From assembly GCA_964016885.1 (NCBI GenBank), contig OZ024742.1:85064001-85128000 (forward strand): a stretch of DNA of 64,000 bases, in the 5' to 3' direction. This document shows positions 14,123 through 25,180 of the stretch, in pieces. The position numbers and the translations under genes are program-made. How positions within the stretch are numbered: the stretch's first letter is position 1; each line of letters starts with the position of its first letter. The stretch is from Eledone cirrhosa (lineage: Eukaryota). The notes under the pieces are model-generated. The model saw nothing but the letters and a program-made list of their open reading frames with translations. It made no database searches and had not been told where the DNA came from.

Positions 14123-16138
14123 TTGTCTCTCTCCCTCCCTTCTTTAAATGTGTCTCTCTCCCTCCCTTCTCTTTCGCAAGTGACGAAAGAAAAGAAAAGT
14201 CTCGTGCAAAGCGTGCAAGGTTTCTCCACGACGACGACGACAGCGACGAAACAGGTGTGCGGGAAATACGAAAACCCAGTTCATTCGTCTGACGTCAGGA
14301 ATAATAGCAGTAGCAGCCGTAATAACAACAGCAACAGTGACAATGAAAACAACAGTAGCAGCCGCAACAGCATCACCAGCAGCATAAACAACAACAGCAT
14401 TAGCAACAGCAACACCAACAACAACCACAGCAACAGCGGCGGAGGCAGTAGTCGTAGTACCTGCAGCAACAACAAAAGTACCAGCAGCTCTGACGACAAC
14501 AACAACAGAAGAGAAAAACCAATCTCATTTGCAGGTATTGCGAAAAACTTGGAAACAATCCTCATAACAAATGAGGAATTAGAGGAAGCGAAGAAGATGG
14601 TGACAAAAAACGGACACCGAGCAATCTGCAAGGCAGCGGAAAACTTTTTCGAAACCCAAGAGCACTGTACGGTCACGTACCGTACAGTAAGTACAAAATC
14701 CAGTAGGGTGGAAAGAGCCACAGAGGCCCAAATACAAAAAGCCTTGGGATCTGTGTGGCAGCGGAAAACGCACATCACCCGAGGCAAACAATATGCCACC
14801 GTAGACGTACTTTTTGCCACACCCCAGGAGGCAAAGGCCCAATCAGTAGTGACCCTAAGGAGCGAGGAAATGGTGTTGGTGCCCTCCTACTGCGGGCAAA
14901 AAATTGTGAGGGTCAAACTGACCCACGTCCCCCCCGGAATGACCCCGTCTTGGCTGGCCGCGTCTGTCCTCGTCGGAATCGAGGACAAAACAACTGTACT
15001 ACAAGTACAGAAAAAAGTAAGAGAAGATTGGGTCGGCTCCTCCATTGAGATGCTAATCCAAACCAACCAGGAGTGCATCGAAGCTATCCCGGATGCGATA
15101 GACTTCGATAACGGCACTCAACTGCCCATAAGTGTTGAGGGCAAACGCCCGAAATGCTTTCGCTGTGGATCGAAGACTCACCTCAGGGCCTTCTGCAACG
15201 AGAAGACCCTGAGAAAGGAGAAAACCCCCCTCCTTCCGAATCCGGCTCCACGGCTACCAGCAACAGGACAAGCGGCAACCAGGAACGATAGGTCCGTGGC
15301 ACCCATACCCACTCCACGGAAATCAAAAACAGCAGCAGCAGTGGAAATATTAACAACAACAACAACAGCAATACCAAATGCAGCTGCAACAGAGACTCCA
15401 GTGCAAACATCACCAACAACAACAAGTGAAAGAGTGGAGCTGGTACCCCTCCCCGACCTCACAGAATCAGACATGGAGTGTGAGGTGGGAGAGGGATGGC
15501 AAAAGGTCGCAAGAAGACACAAACGCAGAAGCAGCGCATCGTCGCCTTTGAAAAGGGAGGAAAGAAATGAGAAAAGGGTAAAGTCTACTGCAAAGAGACC
15601 CACAGCAGCAACACCACCAACACCATCACCACCCACACCAGCACCACCATCACCACCGGCGACAACCCCACCGCCAACAACACCTTCAACACCACCCCCA
15701 CAAGCACCAACATCGCAAACACAACAACAAAACACACACACCCAGCAACAACGACAAGAAAATAGCAGAACCACACCCCACCCCCAGAAAAACAAATGCA
15801 CGGCAATAAACACACACAACAAGAAACTAATGACTTACATAATTGAACACACAGACATTTCACAACAGGACTACATAATACCAGCACCAATCAAAACGCC
15901 AACTAACATAAGACTGCTAAAAATAGCACAGAAACAATACACAAACATTAAAACGAAATTCCCCAACGCAGTTGGTGATTTCAGGGACCTAGGAGGAACC
16001 ATCAATCGAAGAGTATATTCAGACATTCTCTTAGAAGAGCCGACGACCAGCCGAAGGGACGATTCAATGGTCCCTTCACCAGACGATCAAGTGAAAAGGG
16101 ATGTAAAAACCATCCCTCCTCTACCAAAAGTACGGTAA
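14123..16138 (+). CDS. Tx1 ORF1p (gag-like nucleic-acid-binding protein with zinc knuckle)
   Basis: 671-aa open frame with CFRCGSKTHLRAFC knuckle and N/S-rich and P/T-rich low-complexity tracts. The real start is probably ATG 14037, one base out of frame across an A11 run. Confidence 0.85.
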   Translation: MSLSLPSLNVSLSLPSLSQVTKEKKSLVQSVQGFSTTTTTATKQVCGKYENPVHSSDVRNNSSSSRNNNSNSDNENNSSSRNSITSSINNNSISNSNTNNNHSNSGGGSSRSTCSNNKSTSSSDDNNNRREKPISFAGIAKNLETILITNEELEEAKKMVTKNGHRAICKAAENFFETQEHCTVTYRTVSTKSSRVERATEAQIQKALGSVWQRKTHITRGKQYATVDVLFATPQEAKAQSVVTLRSEEMVLVPSYCGQKIVRVKLTHVPPGMTPSWLAASVLVGIEDKTTVLQVQKKVREDWVGSSIEMLIQTNQECIEAIPDAIDFDNGTQLPISVEGKRPKCFRCGSKTHLRAFCNEKTLRKEKTPLLPNPAPRLPATGQAATRNDRSVAPIPTPRKSKTAAAVEILTTTTTAIPNAAATETPVQTSPTTTSERVELVPLPDLTESDMECEVGEGWQKVARRHKRRSSASSPLKREERNEKRVKSTAKRPTAATPPTPSPPTPAPPSPPATTPPPTTPSTPPPQAPTSQTQQQNTHTQQQRQENSRTTPHPQKNKCTAINTHNKKLMTYIIEHTDISQQDYIIPAPIKTPTNIRLLKIAQKQYTNIKTKFPNAVGDFRDLGGTINRRVYSDILLEEPTTSRRDDSMVPSPDDQVKRDVKTIPPLPKVR

Positions 16139-16173
16139 GTGGTCTTTCCCATCTTTTCCACTCTATTTTAAAC

Positions 16174-19100
16174 ATGACCTCACTCAGAATAGGCAGCATA
16201 AATGCGCGTGGCTTGGGGTCGTCATGGAAGCAGGGTCACCTGCTCAACGACCTCAGGTCACTAAACATAGATGTAGTGGCCATCAGCGAGACCAGAATCT
16301 CCGAAGCACGGGCCTTCGCACAGATCTTCGGCGGCTACGATGTATACGCATCTCCCAGCCGTCCTGGATCGGGTGGAGGAGTTGCTGTGCTTTTTCGGAG
16401 AGGTTTGGATCTCGCCATACGGGCCATCTTCCTGGACCCAGAGGGTAAGCTGGTGGTGCTGGACGTGACCAGCGGAGACGGGCAAGCTTTCAGGCTAGTG
16501 GCCGTCTATGCCCCGACAGGAGCAGGGCGGCCTGATTTCTTCCGGCGTCTGGAGACCTTTCTTGGAACGTCCCGCTCTTTAGTGTTAGTGGGCGACTGGA
16601 ACGGGATCTTAGATGCACGCTGGGACTGTGTGGGATTAGCGGATAGGGGTGGAGGGTGCAAGAGCCTCACCAACCTGCTCAGGCGTTTTGAACTGTCTGA
16701 CAGGTACCGATTGGATTTCCCGAATCTGCCAATGTGGACTTGGACAAACCGCATAGGGTCATCCAGATCATATCTAGATAGAGTATTTTGTAGGGAAATA
16801 GAAAGGTCTAGCATAGGCTGTCCACAATTCAAGATAGTCAGCTACACGGACCACAAATTTGTGACCTGTGCGCTTGACTTAGATAGGCTTCATAGACGAG
16901 GACCCGGCTACTGGAAGCTAAACGCGTCCTTACCAGCGCGCAAGGCCTACAGAGACCGGATTAGCGAACTAGTTAAGCGGGCGTTGACGGGGGCCATCGT
17001 CAACAACAAGTGGTGGTTTGCTCTGAAAAGAGCGATTAGAATAGAATCGATTAGGTTTAGTAAGGCTTTAGCAATAGAGAAAAATAGAGCAGAGGGAGAA
17101 CTAGTTAGAAAATTAGACGAGGCGCTTAGCAAAGGCATTGCGACCGACGTGCTTGCGGCGAAATTGGCCCTTGACCAATTCTTCAATGCAAAGCACGAAG
17201 GCTGCGTTGTCAGAGCTAGGGTGCGTGCTCTCAGACACGAGGGGACGAAAGCCGTTCAATGGGCCCGAGTGGCGGAGGCGCGTCGTGGCAACAAAGCCAC
17301 GATCCGGTCTTTGGTGGACCACGATGGGCGCATGCTACTCGATCCCGGGCAAATGTGTGAAGCTTTTCAGAGACACTTCGCTCAGCTGTTCGGGGGCAGC
17401 GGGGGGCCGGGTAGAGGGATGGACTTTAGTGTCTACCTCGACGGACTGCCGCGGCTCTCGGCCACTGAGGCGAGGTGTTGCGAAAAGCCGATAACAGCCG
17501 CTGAAGTACGGGAGGCAATGACTGGCTGCACAAGGGGTAAATCGCCTGGTTTGGATGGTCTGCCCTATGAACTTTACGTACAGATGCCAGACTTGTTCGG
17601 AGGCCTCTTGGCGGACGTCTACTGCAACTGGCAACAGAACGGGAGAATTCCCAGTTCTGTGAGCCGAGGAGCGGTGGCACTGCTGAGAAAGGATCCGAAC
17701 AAGGGGGATAACATAGACAATTTCCGGCCCATAACTCTGCTAAACACAGAGTTTAAGATTTTGGCCAAGGTGCTAGCAAAGAGGTTGGCGCTTGTCGTTG
17801 GTGGTCTGGTGGGAGAGGCGCAGACATGCGCCATTCCCGACAGATCCATCCACGACAACCTCCACCTCATGCGATACATCGTAGAGTGGGTAGCTAGGGA
17901 ACCTGGCACGGGTGGGTCCTTGATCAATTTAGATCAGTCGAAAGCTTTCGATAGGGTCGACCATCGTTACCTAGCGGCAGTCCTGAGGGCGGCTGGCTTT
18001 GGGCCCGTCTTCAGAGGCTGGATCGCTGCCATGCACAGCGACATCTGCTCTGTGGTGAGAGTGAACGGTCACCTGTCGGAACCGTTCAACATCATGCGCT
18101 CGGTCCGCCAAGGATGTCCCCTCTCGTCCCTCTTGTACGTATTGACTCTCGAGCCATTACTGCACAAACTGGAGACGTTGAGGGGAGTCCCGCGCGAACT
18201 AGGATGCGGAAGATCCGTGTCAGCATATGCGGACGATGTCACCGTAGTGGTGTCGAACGCCAAACACATCGAGGCGATCGGCACTACACTAAGAGAATAC
18301 GAAGCGGTGACAGGAGCAATGATCAACCAGGAAAAGTCAGTGGGACTGCAGCTCGGCACCTGGAGAGGCAGGTCCATGCCGTCCAACAGCGTCGTCGGGC
18401 GCTGGACGGACGGACCGGTTAAATTGCTAGGGGTCTGGTTCGGTCCGGACCTCCAGACGGACAAAAACTGGGACGAGGTGACGAGCAGGGTGGCTTCTCT
18501 CACCCAGAAATGGGCGGAGAGGAAGCTATCCCTGAAAGGTCGAGCGGAGGTGGCTAACGCGTACATCGCGTCTGTCATCTGCTACCGCCTAACCGTCGTA
18601 CCTTGTCCTAAGCCTCACCTGACTGCGCTGGAGCGTTTGCTCTTTCGCTTTTTGTGGAAGGGACGTGCTCCGATGGTCAGGCGGTCCATCTGTTGTCAAC
18701 ACCCGCTACGTGGAGGGCTGGGCATGCCGTGGCTGATGATGCGCAGGCACGCGCTCAGGCTACGACATCTCCACCTCTTCCTCGACGGTGATCAGGTGTG
18801 GTCGCCGTTTGCTAGACGCGTTTTTCCCCAGCTCGTTTCCTTGACGGAGCTGCAGTCCTGGGTCAAGCGAAGACCGAGAGGGAGCGCCTGGAGACTGGAA
18901 TGTCTTCAGGCGCTCACAGCCCTCGACCAATCGGGCAATGTGATCGGTGGAAACTCCACCTCGGCGTTCTATAGAGGATTAGTGGAGGGGAAGAGCGACG
19001 ACGTACTTGGGGAAACTCTAGGCGTCGACGAAAATCAACTAGCCAATCTCTTCGGAAGAACTTTCGGGCCAGGGCCTATGGACAACTTCCAGAAATCTCT

Positions 19101-19593
19101 GGCCTGGCAGTGCTACCGAGGAGCCTTGCCAGTTCGGGATAAACTCTACAGGCATGGAGGTGCCGTCAGCCGGGCATGTCCGAGATGTGCGCAGGGCGAC
19201 GAAACCGTCCTGCACGCACTCGTTCAGTGTCCGAAAATTGCTGACTTGTGGGTTTATGTCGAACACCTGCTGTCGCGTTTAGGACGGATCCAGCTATCAT
19301 CTGAGTCTATCGTGAGGATTGCCCCGCCCTCCTCCTTTAGCCGGGAAGGGCAGGCAGTTTTTATCTGTCTGGTGGCCATGGCGAAAGAGATAGTATGGTG
19401 GACACGTTTGAAAGGGCTGAAGACGAGCACTTACCTCTTCGGTGATGCTCTGATTGACTTTTTCAAATTTCATTTGAAAAGGAAAATCAGAGTAGAGAAG
19501 GAAGTGCTCTCTTCCCAGCATTTTGTTGAAAGATGGGTGAGAGAAGCAAGAATGGCCCGAGTGAATGGGCCGACTCTGAGTATATATCTGTAA
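16174..19593 (+). CDS. Tx1 ORF2p: APE endonuclease, reverse transcriptase and C-terminal zinc-binding domain
   Basis: 1139 aa intact. SINARGL, ISET, VYAP, GDWN, SYLDR, TDH (APE); KSPGLDG, RPITLLN, LDQSKAFDRV, VRQGCPLS, YADD (RT); CPRC...ETVLHALVQC. Confidence 0.95.
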   Translation: MTSLRIGSINARGLGSSWKQGHLLNDLRSLNIDVVAISETRISEARAFAQIFGGYDVYASPSRPGSGGGVAVLFRRGLDLAIRAIFLDPEGKLVVLDVTSGDGQAFRLVAVYAPTGAGRPDFFRRLETFLGTSRSLVLVGDWNGILDARWDCVGLADRGGGCKSLTNLLRRFELSDRYRLDFPNLPMWTWTNRIGSSRSYLDRVFCREIERSSIGCPQFKIVSYTDHKFVTCALDLDRLHRRGPGYWKLNASLPARKAYRDRISELVKRALTGAIVNNKWWFALKRAIRIESIRFSKALAIEKNRAEGELVRKLDEALSKGIATDVLAAKLALDQFFNAKHEGCVVRARVRALRHEGTKAVQWARVAEARRGNKATIRSLVDHDGRMLLDPGQMCEAFQRHFAQLFGGSGGPGRGMDFSVYLDGLPRLSATEARCCEKPITAAEVREAMTGCTRGKSPGLDGLPYELYVQMPDLFGGLLADVYCNWQQNGRIPSSVSRGAVALLRKDPNKGDNIDNFRPITLLNTEFKILAKVLAKRLALVVGGLVGEAQTCAIPDRSIHDNLHLMRYIVEWVAREPGTGGSLINLDQSKAFDRVDHRYLAAVLRAAGFGPVFRGWIAAMHSDICSVVRVNGHLSEPFNIMRSVRQGCPLSSLLYVLTLEPLLHKLETLRGVPRELGCGRSVSAYADDVTVVVSNAKHIEAIGTTLREYEAVTGAMINQEKSVGLQLGTWRGRSMPSNSVVGRWTDGPVKLLGVWFGPDLQTDKNWDEVTSRVASLTQKWAERKLSLKGRAEVANAYIASVICYRLTVVPCPKPHLTALERLLFRFLWKGRAPMVRRSICCQHPLRGGLGMPWLMMRRHALRLRHLHLFLDGDQVWSPFARRVFPQLVSLTELQSWVKRRPRGSAWRLECLQALTALDQSGNVIGGNSTSAFYRGLVEGKSDDVLGETLGVDENQLANLFGRTFGPGPMDNFQKSLAWQCYRGALPVRDKLYRHGGAVSRACPRCAQGDETVLHALVQCPKIADLWVYVEHLLSRLGRIQLSSESIVRIAPPSSFSREGQAVFICLVAMAKEIVWWTRLKGLKTSTYLFGDALIDFFKFHLKRKIRVEKEVLSSQHFVERWVREARMARVNGPTLSIYL

Positions 19594-19853
19594 ACTAAAG
19601 GTGGAAAACTGGGAGAGGGCACTTGTCTTGGTGGTCAGGGTCATTGTGGCTTTTTACTGGGCTTTCTCCACAAATGTCCCTCCGAAGTCTCCCCCCTATT
19701 GGGGAATTTTTCATTGTTATTTTCATTGTTATTTTTGTTACATCCTCTGTTTTTGTTTTTTTACACGCAGAAATGCCCATTTGTACCGTCCTGCATTGTC
19801 CTGCACTGTCCTTAATGTCTACTTTATGTAAACCCTTGTGGTTAATAAAGAAA

Positions 19854-19855
<2 letters not shown>

Positions 19856-19910
<55 letters not shown>
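19856..19910. repeat. (ATT)n microsatellite / Tx1 tail
   Basis: Follows ...AATAAAGAAATC directly. Confidence 0.9.
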
Positions 19911-19911
<1 letters not shown>

Positions 19912-20222
19912 AGTTTCATTAATCTTGCTTTATGTTCATACGAGTTATCACCAAGTCACAACCAATGACCTCAAGAGACAACAAGGTCCGCCATGTTCAA
20001 GAAAGAACATACATATTCACACATGCATTTTTAGTGTTTAGACTTGTGATGTACTTATATTGACAGAATCTTCCTTAGTATATGGGCAGTTCCCATTAGT
20101 ACTATCTTTTGTATTTCTCCTATACGCGGGTTTCCTGGGATTTGCGATATGTAATCATTAGACCCCTTAGTTATCATTCCCAGAGCGCCTACAACCACTG
20201 GTATTGTTTTAGTTCTCAAGAG
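19911..20222 (-). mobile_element. R4/Dong family 1, short 5'-truncated copy with intact 3' end
   Basis: 20019-20220 matches 11445-11660; (ATT)n on both sides. Confidence 0.8.
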
Positions 20223-20283
<61 letters not shown>

Positions 20284-20284
<1 letters not shown>

Positions 20285-21107
20285 TCCTTGAGTCTCAGTC
20301 ATTGATGTTAGTTAACTGGAAAGTTTGTTGGAATGAATATCAAGCCACTACCTGCAGCCTCAGATATTCATGACGTATCGGAGGGTTCTTGCTCTTCCCA
20401 GCAAGCATGCCTTTTGAAGCGTTCCCAAAAGCGTGAAGGGGCCGATTTTCTTTAACCATCCCTGGAACATTTTGGAGATAGTCCCCAGTGCGCCTATGAC
20501 AATCGGGATCACTTTGACTTCATGGCAGTCCAAATCCTTTTAACCTCCCACTTTAGGTCCTGGTATCGGTTAATTTTCTCCCTCTCCTTCTCTTGCACTC
20601 TCGTGTCGAATGGGCAGGCCACATCCACAATCAGGCACGATCTTTTTTCTTTGTCCACAACCACCAGGTCAGGTCTATTGTGTTCCAGTTTCTTGTCCGT
20701 CTGTATCCTAAAATCCCACAGCACCTTCACCTGATCGTTCTCTATCACCGCCTCTGGCTTATGCTCATACCACTTCTCAGAATGTGGTAAATTGTTTACT
20801 TTTCACAGGTGCCAGTGGATCACCCTGCCCATCACATCATGTCTCCAGCCCTTATAGTGGGTCTGGGCTAGGTGTTTACACTCGGATACAATGTGAGCCA
20901 CAGTCTCCTCTCTCTCTCCACAGATCCTGCACAGTGGGCTAGCCTCCTCCTTGTAAATATGGTGTTTCAACCACTTCGTTTTGAGGGCCTGCTCCTGCGC
21001 AGCCATTAACATTCCTTCTATAGCCTTTTTAAGGTCTCCTCTTTTCAACCAGTTCAATGGCCGTGGATCTCTAAATTCAGTTTTCTCAAAGAAGGTACTA
21101 TGAAGGG

Positions 21108-21108
<1 letters not shown>
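20284..21108 (-). mobile_element. R4/Dong family 2, 5'-truncated copy (CCHC + RLE)
   Basis: EGMLMAAQEQAL, CRICGEREETVAHIVSEC and VLWDFRIQTDKKLEHNRPDLVV...DVACPFD; flanked by (ATT)n at 20223-20283 and 21109-21167. Confidence 0.85.
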
Positions 21109-21167
<59 letters not shown>

Positions 21168-21169
21168 GT

Positions 21170-21777
21170 TGTTCTTTGAGTCTCAGTCATTGATCTTATT
21201 TAACTAGAAAGTTTGTTGAAATGAATATCAACCGCTACCTGCAGTCTCAGATATTCAGGACGTATCGGAGGGTTCTTGTTGTTCCCAGCAAGCATTCCTT
21301 TTGAAGTGTTGCAAAAAGCGGGGCTGGACAAATCTTCTTTAACCATCATTGGAAACTCTTTGAGATAGTACCTATTGTGCCTATGAGAATCGGGACGACA
21401 TTGATTACATGGCAGTTCCAAATCCTTTTTACCTCCCACTTTAATCTTGGTATCGGTTAATTTTCACCCTCTCCTTTTCTTGCACTCTCGTGTCAAATGG
21501 GCAGGCTACATCTGTAATCAGGAACGATATTTTTTCCGTGTCCAAAACCACCCGGTCAGGCCTATTGTGTTCTAATTTCTTGTCCGTCTGTATCCTAAAA
21601 TCTCATAGCACTTGCACCTGATCATACGACATCTCAGAATGTTACTTTGCATAGATGCTAGTGGATCACCCTGCCTGTCACATCATGTCTCCTGCCTTTA
21701 TAGTGAGTCTGGGCTAGGTGTTTACACTCGGATACAATGTGAGCCACAGTCTCGTCTTTCTCTCCACAGAGCCTACA
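21170..21777 (-). mobile_element. R4/Dong family 2, second more decayed copy
   Basis: Colinear nucleotide similarity to 20284-20930 with an internal deletion. Confidence 0.8.
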
Positions 21778-22216
21778 CGTTTCTTCCAGAAAAAATGTGT
21801 GGAACGAACCAGCGGAGCATATACAATGTTAAAACAAGTAATTAGATTCCTGGTCAATAGAAAATTAAGATACATTATAATTAACAGTGTCAGTGACATT
21901 ATATTAAAGAGCAATAACAACAAAATAATATTACAATGATAAGATAGTAACATATTGAAAAGTGTTTTCAATATTTATGAAGAGAGTAATACTTAGTCAA
22001 TATATCAAGCATATTATACCAAGAATGTTAATAATAGCATGCCTTAAGGTAAGACAGGTGTATAATGGGAGTATGTGTTAAGTAAACAGTATATGCTGAA
22101 TTAATTGCAGACAAATATGTTTACGCAGGTGGTAATATAACAAGTTTATATTTGTCTGGAAGAAAGGATCGTCAGCATTTGAATACATTAAACAAAGCTT
22201 TTATTGTTTTCTATGT

Positions 22217-22220
<4 letters not shown>
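21778..22220. repeat. Block A of a duplicated segment (second copy 28882-29298)
   Basis: Colinear similarity from CGTTTCTT...GGAGCATATACAAT to ...ATGTTGCA. Confidence 0.85.
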
Positions 22221-22312
<92 letters not shown>

Positions 22313-22418
22313 TATGTGTGTGTGTGTGGGTTTCTGTCTGTGCATATGTGTGTGTGCGTGTGTGTGTGTGTATATATATATATTTATATTTATATATATG
22401 TATAATTATATATATGTA

Positions 22419-22461
<43 letters not shown>

Positions 22462-22463
22462 TC

Positions 22464-23693
22464 ATGGTATGGTCGGAAAGGAGACTTAAAGATCTCCTTA
22501 ATGAGAGCTCCATAGACCTCATCATGTACTCTCATTATGTAGACGATATCAATATAGTTATAAGAACATCCCCACTAGAAAGCACCAACAAGTTTGATTT
22601 AGAACGTAGCACGATGGAAAACATCCAGCAGATAGCTAATTCCATACACCAGATTATAACTGTAACTATCGACTTCCCTTCCGAACACCCTAACAATAGA
22701 CTACCTGTATTAGACACAGAACTCTGGATTAACACTATAGACGAGAGAGCCCAAATTCTCCACTCACACTATGCTAAACACATGGCCTCCAAATACCTGA
22801 TACTCAAAAACTCAGCAATGTCTAGTAGTGCTAAGTTTAATATTCTGATCGCAGATTTGGTACGAGTGATAAAGAATGTGTCCCGCATGTGCGACCCAAC
22901 AGAAATGGAAAGACACATCCAACACTTCATCAACCGCATGCAGTTCTCTGGCTACAGCCAAAGAGACAGAGTTAGAGTATACGAAGGAGCCATGGAGAAG
23001 TATAAGACCCTCATAGAACTGGACATGAAAAGAATTTGCCCATTATACAGGAGCAAATCATGGAATAGCTTAGATAGGGCTAGACATAAGATAGGGAAAG
23101 CCACCTCATGGTACGACAACCAGAGATACCAGAGTGTCATGTTTGTGGACGTTACCCGCAGAGGGAAATTAGCTAACCAGTGTAGAAAGGCGCTGAGAAA
23201 GACCCACTTAAAAATAAAGGTGGTAGAAAAGCCAGCAACCACCATAAAATCCCTGATCAGCAAAACCTACCCTTTTAAGAAAACCCACTGTACCAATAGG
23301 AAGTGTATCATATGTAAGGTAAACCCCCGGATAAACTGTAAAACTAGAAACGTAGTCTATAGCATAAGATGTACAGAGGGTACTTGCAGAAACATGACAA
23401 CAACATACATAGGTGAGACAGCTCGTAGCATAGGTGAAAGGATAGACCAACACTGGGGGGAACTAAAAGGACGAACAAACGGGTCAGTACTATACGAACT
23501 AGCTAGACAACAACATGACGGTAACATAGACAACATAGAAATTAGAATAATATCTAAACATAGAAATGACCCAGCAGATAGGCAAATCAGAGAGGCCAGT
23601 GAAATAGAAATTAGAAGGCCAAGAATAAACAGAAAGAATGAATGGAATAACAACAACACCCAAACAAACAACACTGGCCTCAGTGAAGTATAA
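22464..23693 (+). CDS. Penelope-like element (Naiad-like), 5'-truncated ORF: RT C-terminal part + GIY-YIG endonuclease
   Basis: [24 protein letters not shown]...[12 protein letters not shown] linker, [28 protein letters not shown] and REASEI...INRKNEW. Confidence 0.88.
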   Translation: MVWSERRLKDLLNESSIDLIMYSHYVDDINIVIRTSPLESTNKFDLERSTMENIQQIANSIHQIITVTIDFPSEHPNNRLPVLDTELWINTIDERAQILHSHYAKHMASKYLILKNSAMSSSAKFNILIADLVRVIKNVSRMCDPTEMERHIQHFINRMQFSGYSQRDRVRVYEGAMEKYKTLIELDMKRICPLYRSKSWNSLDRARHKIGKATSWYDNQRYQSVMFVDVTRRGKLANQCRKALRKTHLKIKVVEKPATTIKSLISKTYPFKKTHCTNRKCIICKVNPRINCKTRNVVYSIRCTEGTCRNMTTTYIGETARSIGERIDQHWGELKGRTNGSVLYELARQQHDGNIDNIEIRIISKHRNDPADRQIREASEIEIRRPRINRKNEWNNNNTQTNNTGLSEV

Positions 23694-23951
23694 ATAAGTA
23701 AATAAAATAAAATAAATAAATAAATAAATAAATACATACACAAACACAATAACAACAAGCACATAAACACACACTAGTCACCCATCACACAGCAAACAAA
23801 ACACTACACACACGCAAACGCATGCGCAAAGATGACAAAATAAAATAAACAAACAAGCAAATAAATAAATAAATATATAGACAGTGTTCTGTTATTAATT
23901 CTGGCAATATTACACAAATATGACCCTCCCCAAGTATAACAATATATATTT

Positions 23952-24180
23952 ATATGTTTCTATAAAATTTAGAAATGGCTTCAACATGTATAGTACTCTT
24001 CATTCGAAGAAAATCGTCAAGTTTTCTCTGACGATTTCCATCTTATGAAACAGTTCTAGTCCTGTAGAAGCAGGTTCTAAATGTCGTATCTACTCTAGTA
24101 ATGTAATGAGTGGTTACTTACAGTGGTTCAACTCGATTGAACCCAGGTCTCTTTCTCTCGTTGTCTCCCCCATCTCTTTC
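23952..24180. repeat. Block B of the duplicated segment (second copy 33354-33590)
   Basis: ATGTTTCTATAAAATTTAGAAATGGC...GTGGTTACTTA...CTCGATT is shared, and both copies run into (TC)n. Confidence 0.85.
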
Positions 24181-24186
24181 TCTCTC

Positions 24187-24251
<65 letters not shown>

Positions 24252-24279
24252 CTCTCTATATATATATTTACATATATGT

Positions 24280-24893
24280 TTACATGGTGGCTGCCAACTC
24301 GTTTTCGAGTACGGCCATTACCTTATATCCATGTAGGAGAACCCCTACCGATGCGCTGAACGAGTGACTTTTTAGTCCAGCCAGCGACTTGAAAACTCCG
24401 GTACAAACACTACACTTGTGACAATTATTGACACATAGTGCTTTGCCTTTGGTACCATGTGACGACAAGTGCAGAGAGATCTCCAGATACAAAGCAATGC
24501 CTGTGCCGTGAAGCTTTTATAGTGAGCAAAGGCACTGCACAAAGCCAGTCCCACTCTCTTAACCAAGATGATATTTACCAAAAAGAAGAACAAGTCAACA
24601 TCATTGGATACCATCAGGGTTGCAGGTGTTACATCAGAGTTTTCCTTCTCCTAGAATTCTGCCTTGACAAAGGCTAAGGGGTCATCTCTCCCACTGATTT
24701 TGGATGGCCATTGACTCTTAAGAGCTCCTTTGCCCTTTGACAGGTTTTGTTTTTAGTCCTGCAGGATGTCCAAAGTCACCCTCCTCACCAAGAAACCTTG
24801 GTGGGGTTGCCAGTTTAGTCGCCAACGACCCGACCATGAGACAGGTTGTACTGGGATACATGTTACCAGTAGCACCAACTGGTGACCTGATAG
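24280..24893 (-). mobile_element. Non-autonomous RTE derivative (5'UTR joined to 3' end)
   Basis: C2H2-like CSVCTGVFKSLAGLKSH followed by an RTE-type 3' stem (GGCCGTACTCG...CGAGTTGGCAGCC); the 5' part is shared with 26742-27328. Confidence 0.6.
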
Positions 24894-24984
24894 GTATACA
24901 TACATATATACATACATACATATATATATATATATTTATACTTGTATATATTTATGCATTAATATTCGAAAAACTCAGATTACT

Positions 24985-25067
<83 letters not shown>

Positions 25068-25180
25068 ATATCACAATAGATGCGGTAAAACCAGATCGAC
25101 CATTACTCACCATATTACTCGATTCTTGGGGTAGTAGAATCGATAATACTGTCTGCACAGTATGGACTCTGCCTCTTTAT

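Larger units (their letters stand above)
13821..19855 (+). mobile_element. Full-length Tx1-type (L1 clade) non-LTR retrotransposon, copy B
   Basis: 5'UTR, ORF1 with CCHC knuckle, short spacer, intact ORF2 and a 3'UTR with AATAAA (19844-19849); (TTA)n on both flanks. Confidence 0.93.

Noticed and set aside
14144-19644. Many antisense and alternate-frame ORFs over the Tx1 element
   Set aside because: Shadows of GC-richer or low-complexity coding sequence with no motifs.
22464-23950. Selenoprotein-type Naiad (in-frame UGA plus SECIS)
   Set aside because: No in-frame TGA in the surviving ORF and no convincing SECIS stem seen in the 3' region; the 5' part is missing, so the family remains untested.
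24008-24055. GTC...CTGACGA...GAAAC type III hammerhead in block B
   Set aside because: Stems I-III pair poorly and the second copy (33410-33440) lacks part of the core.
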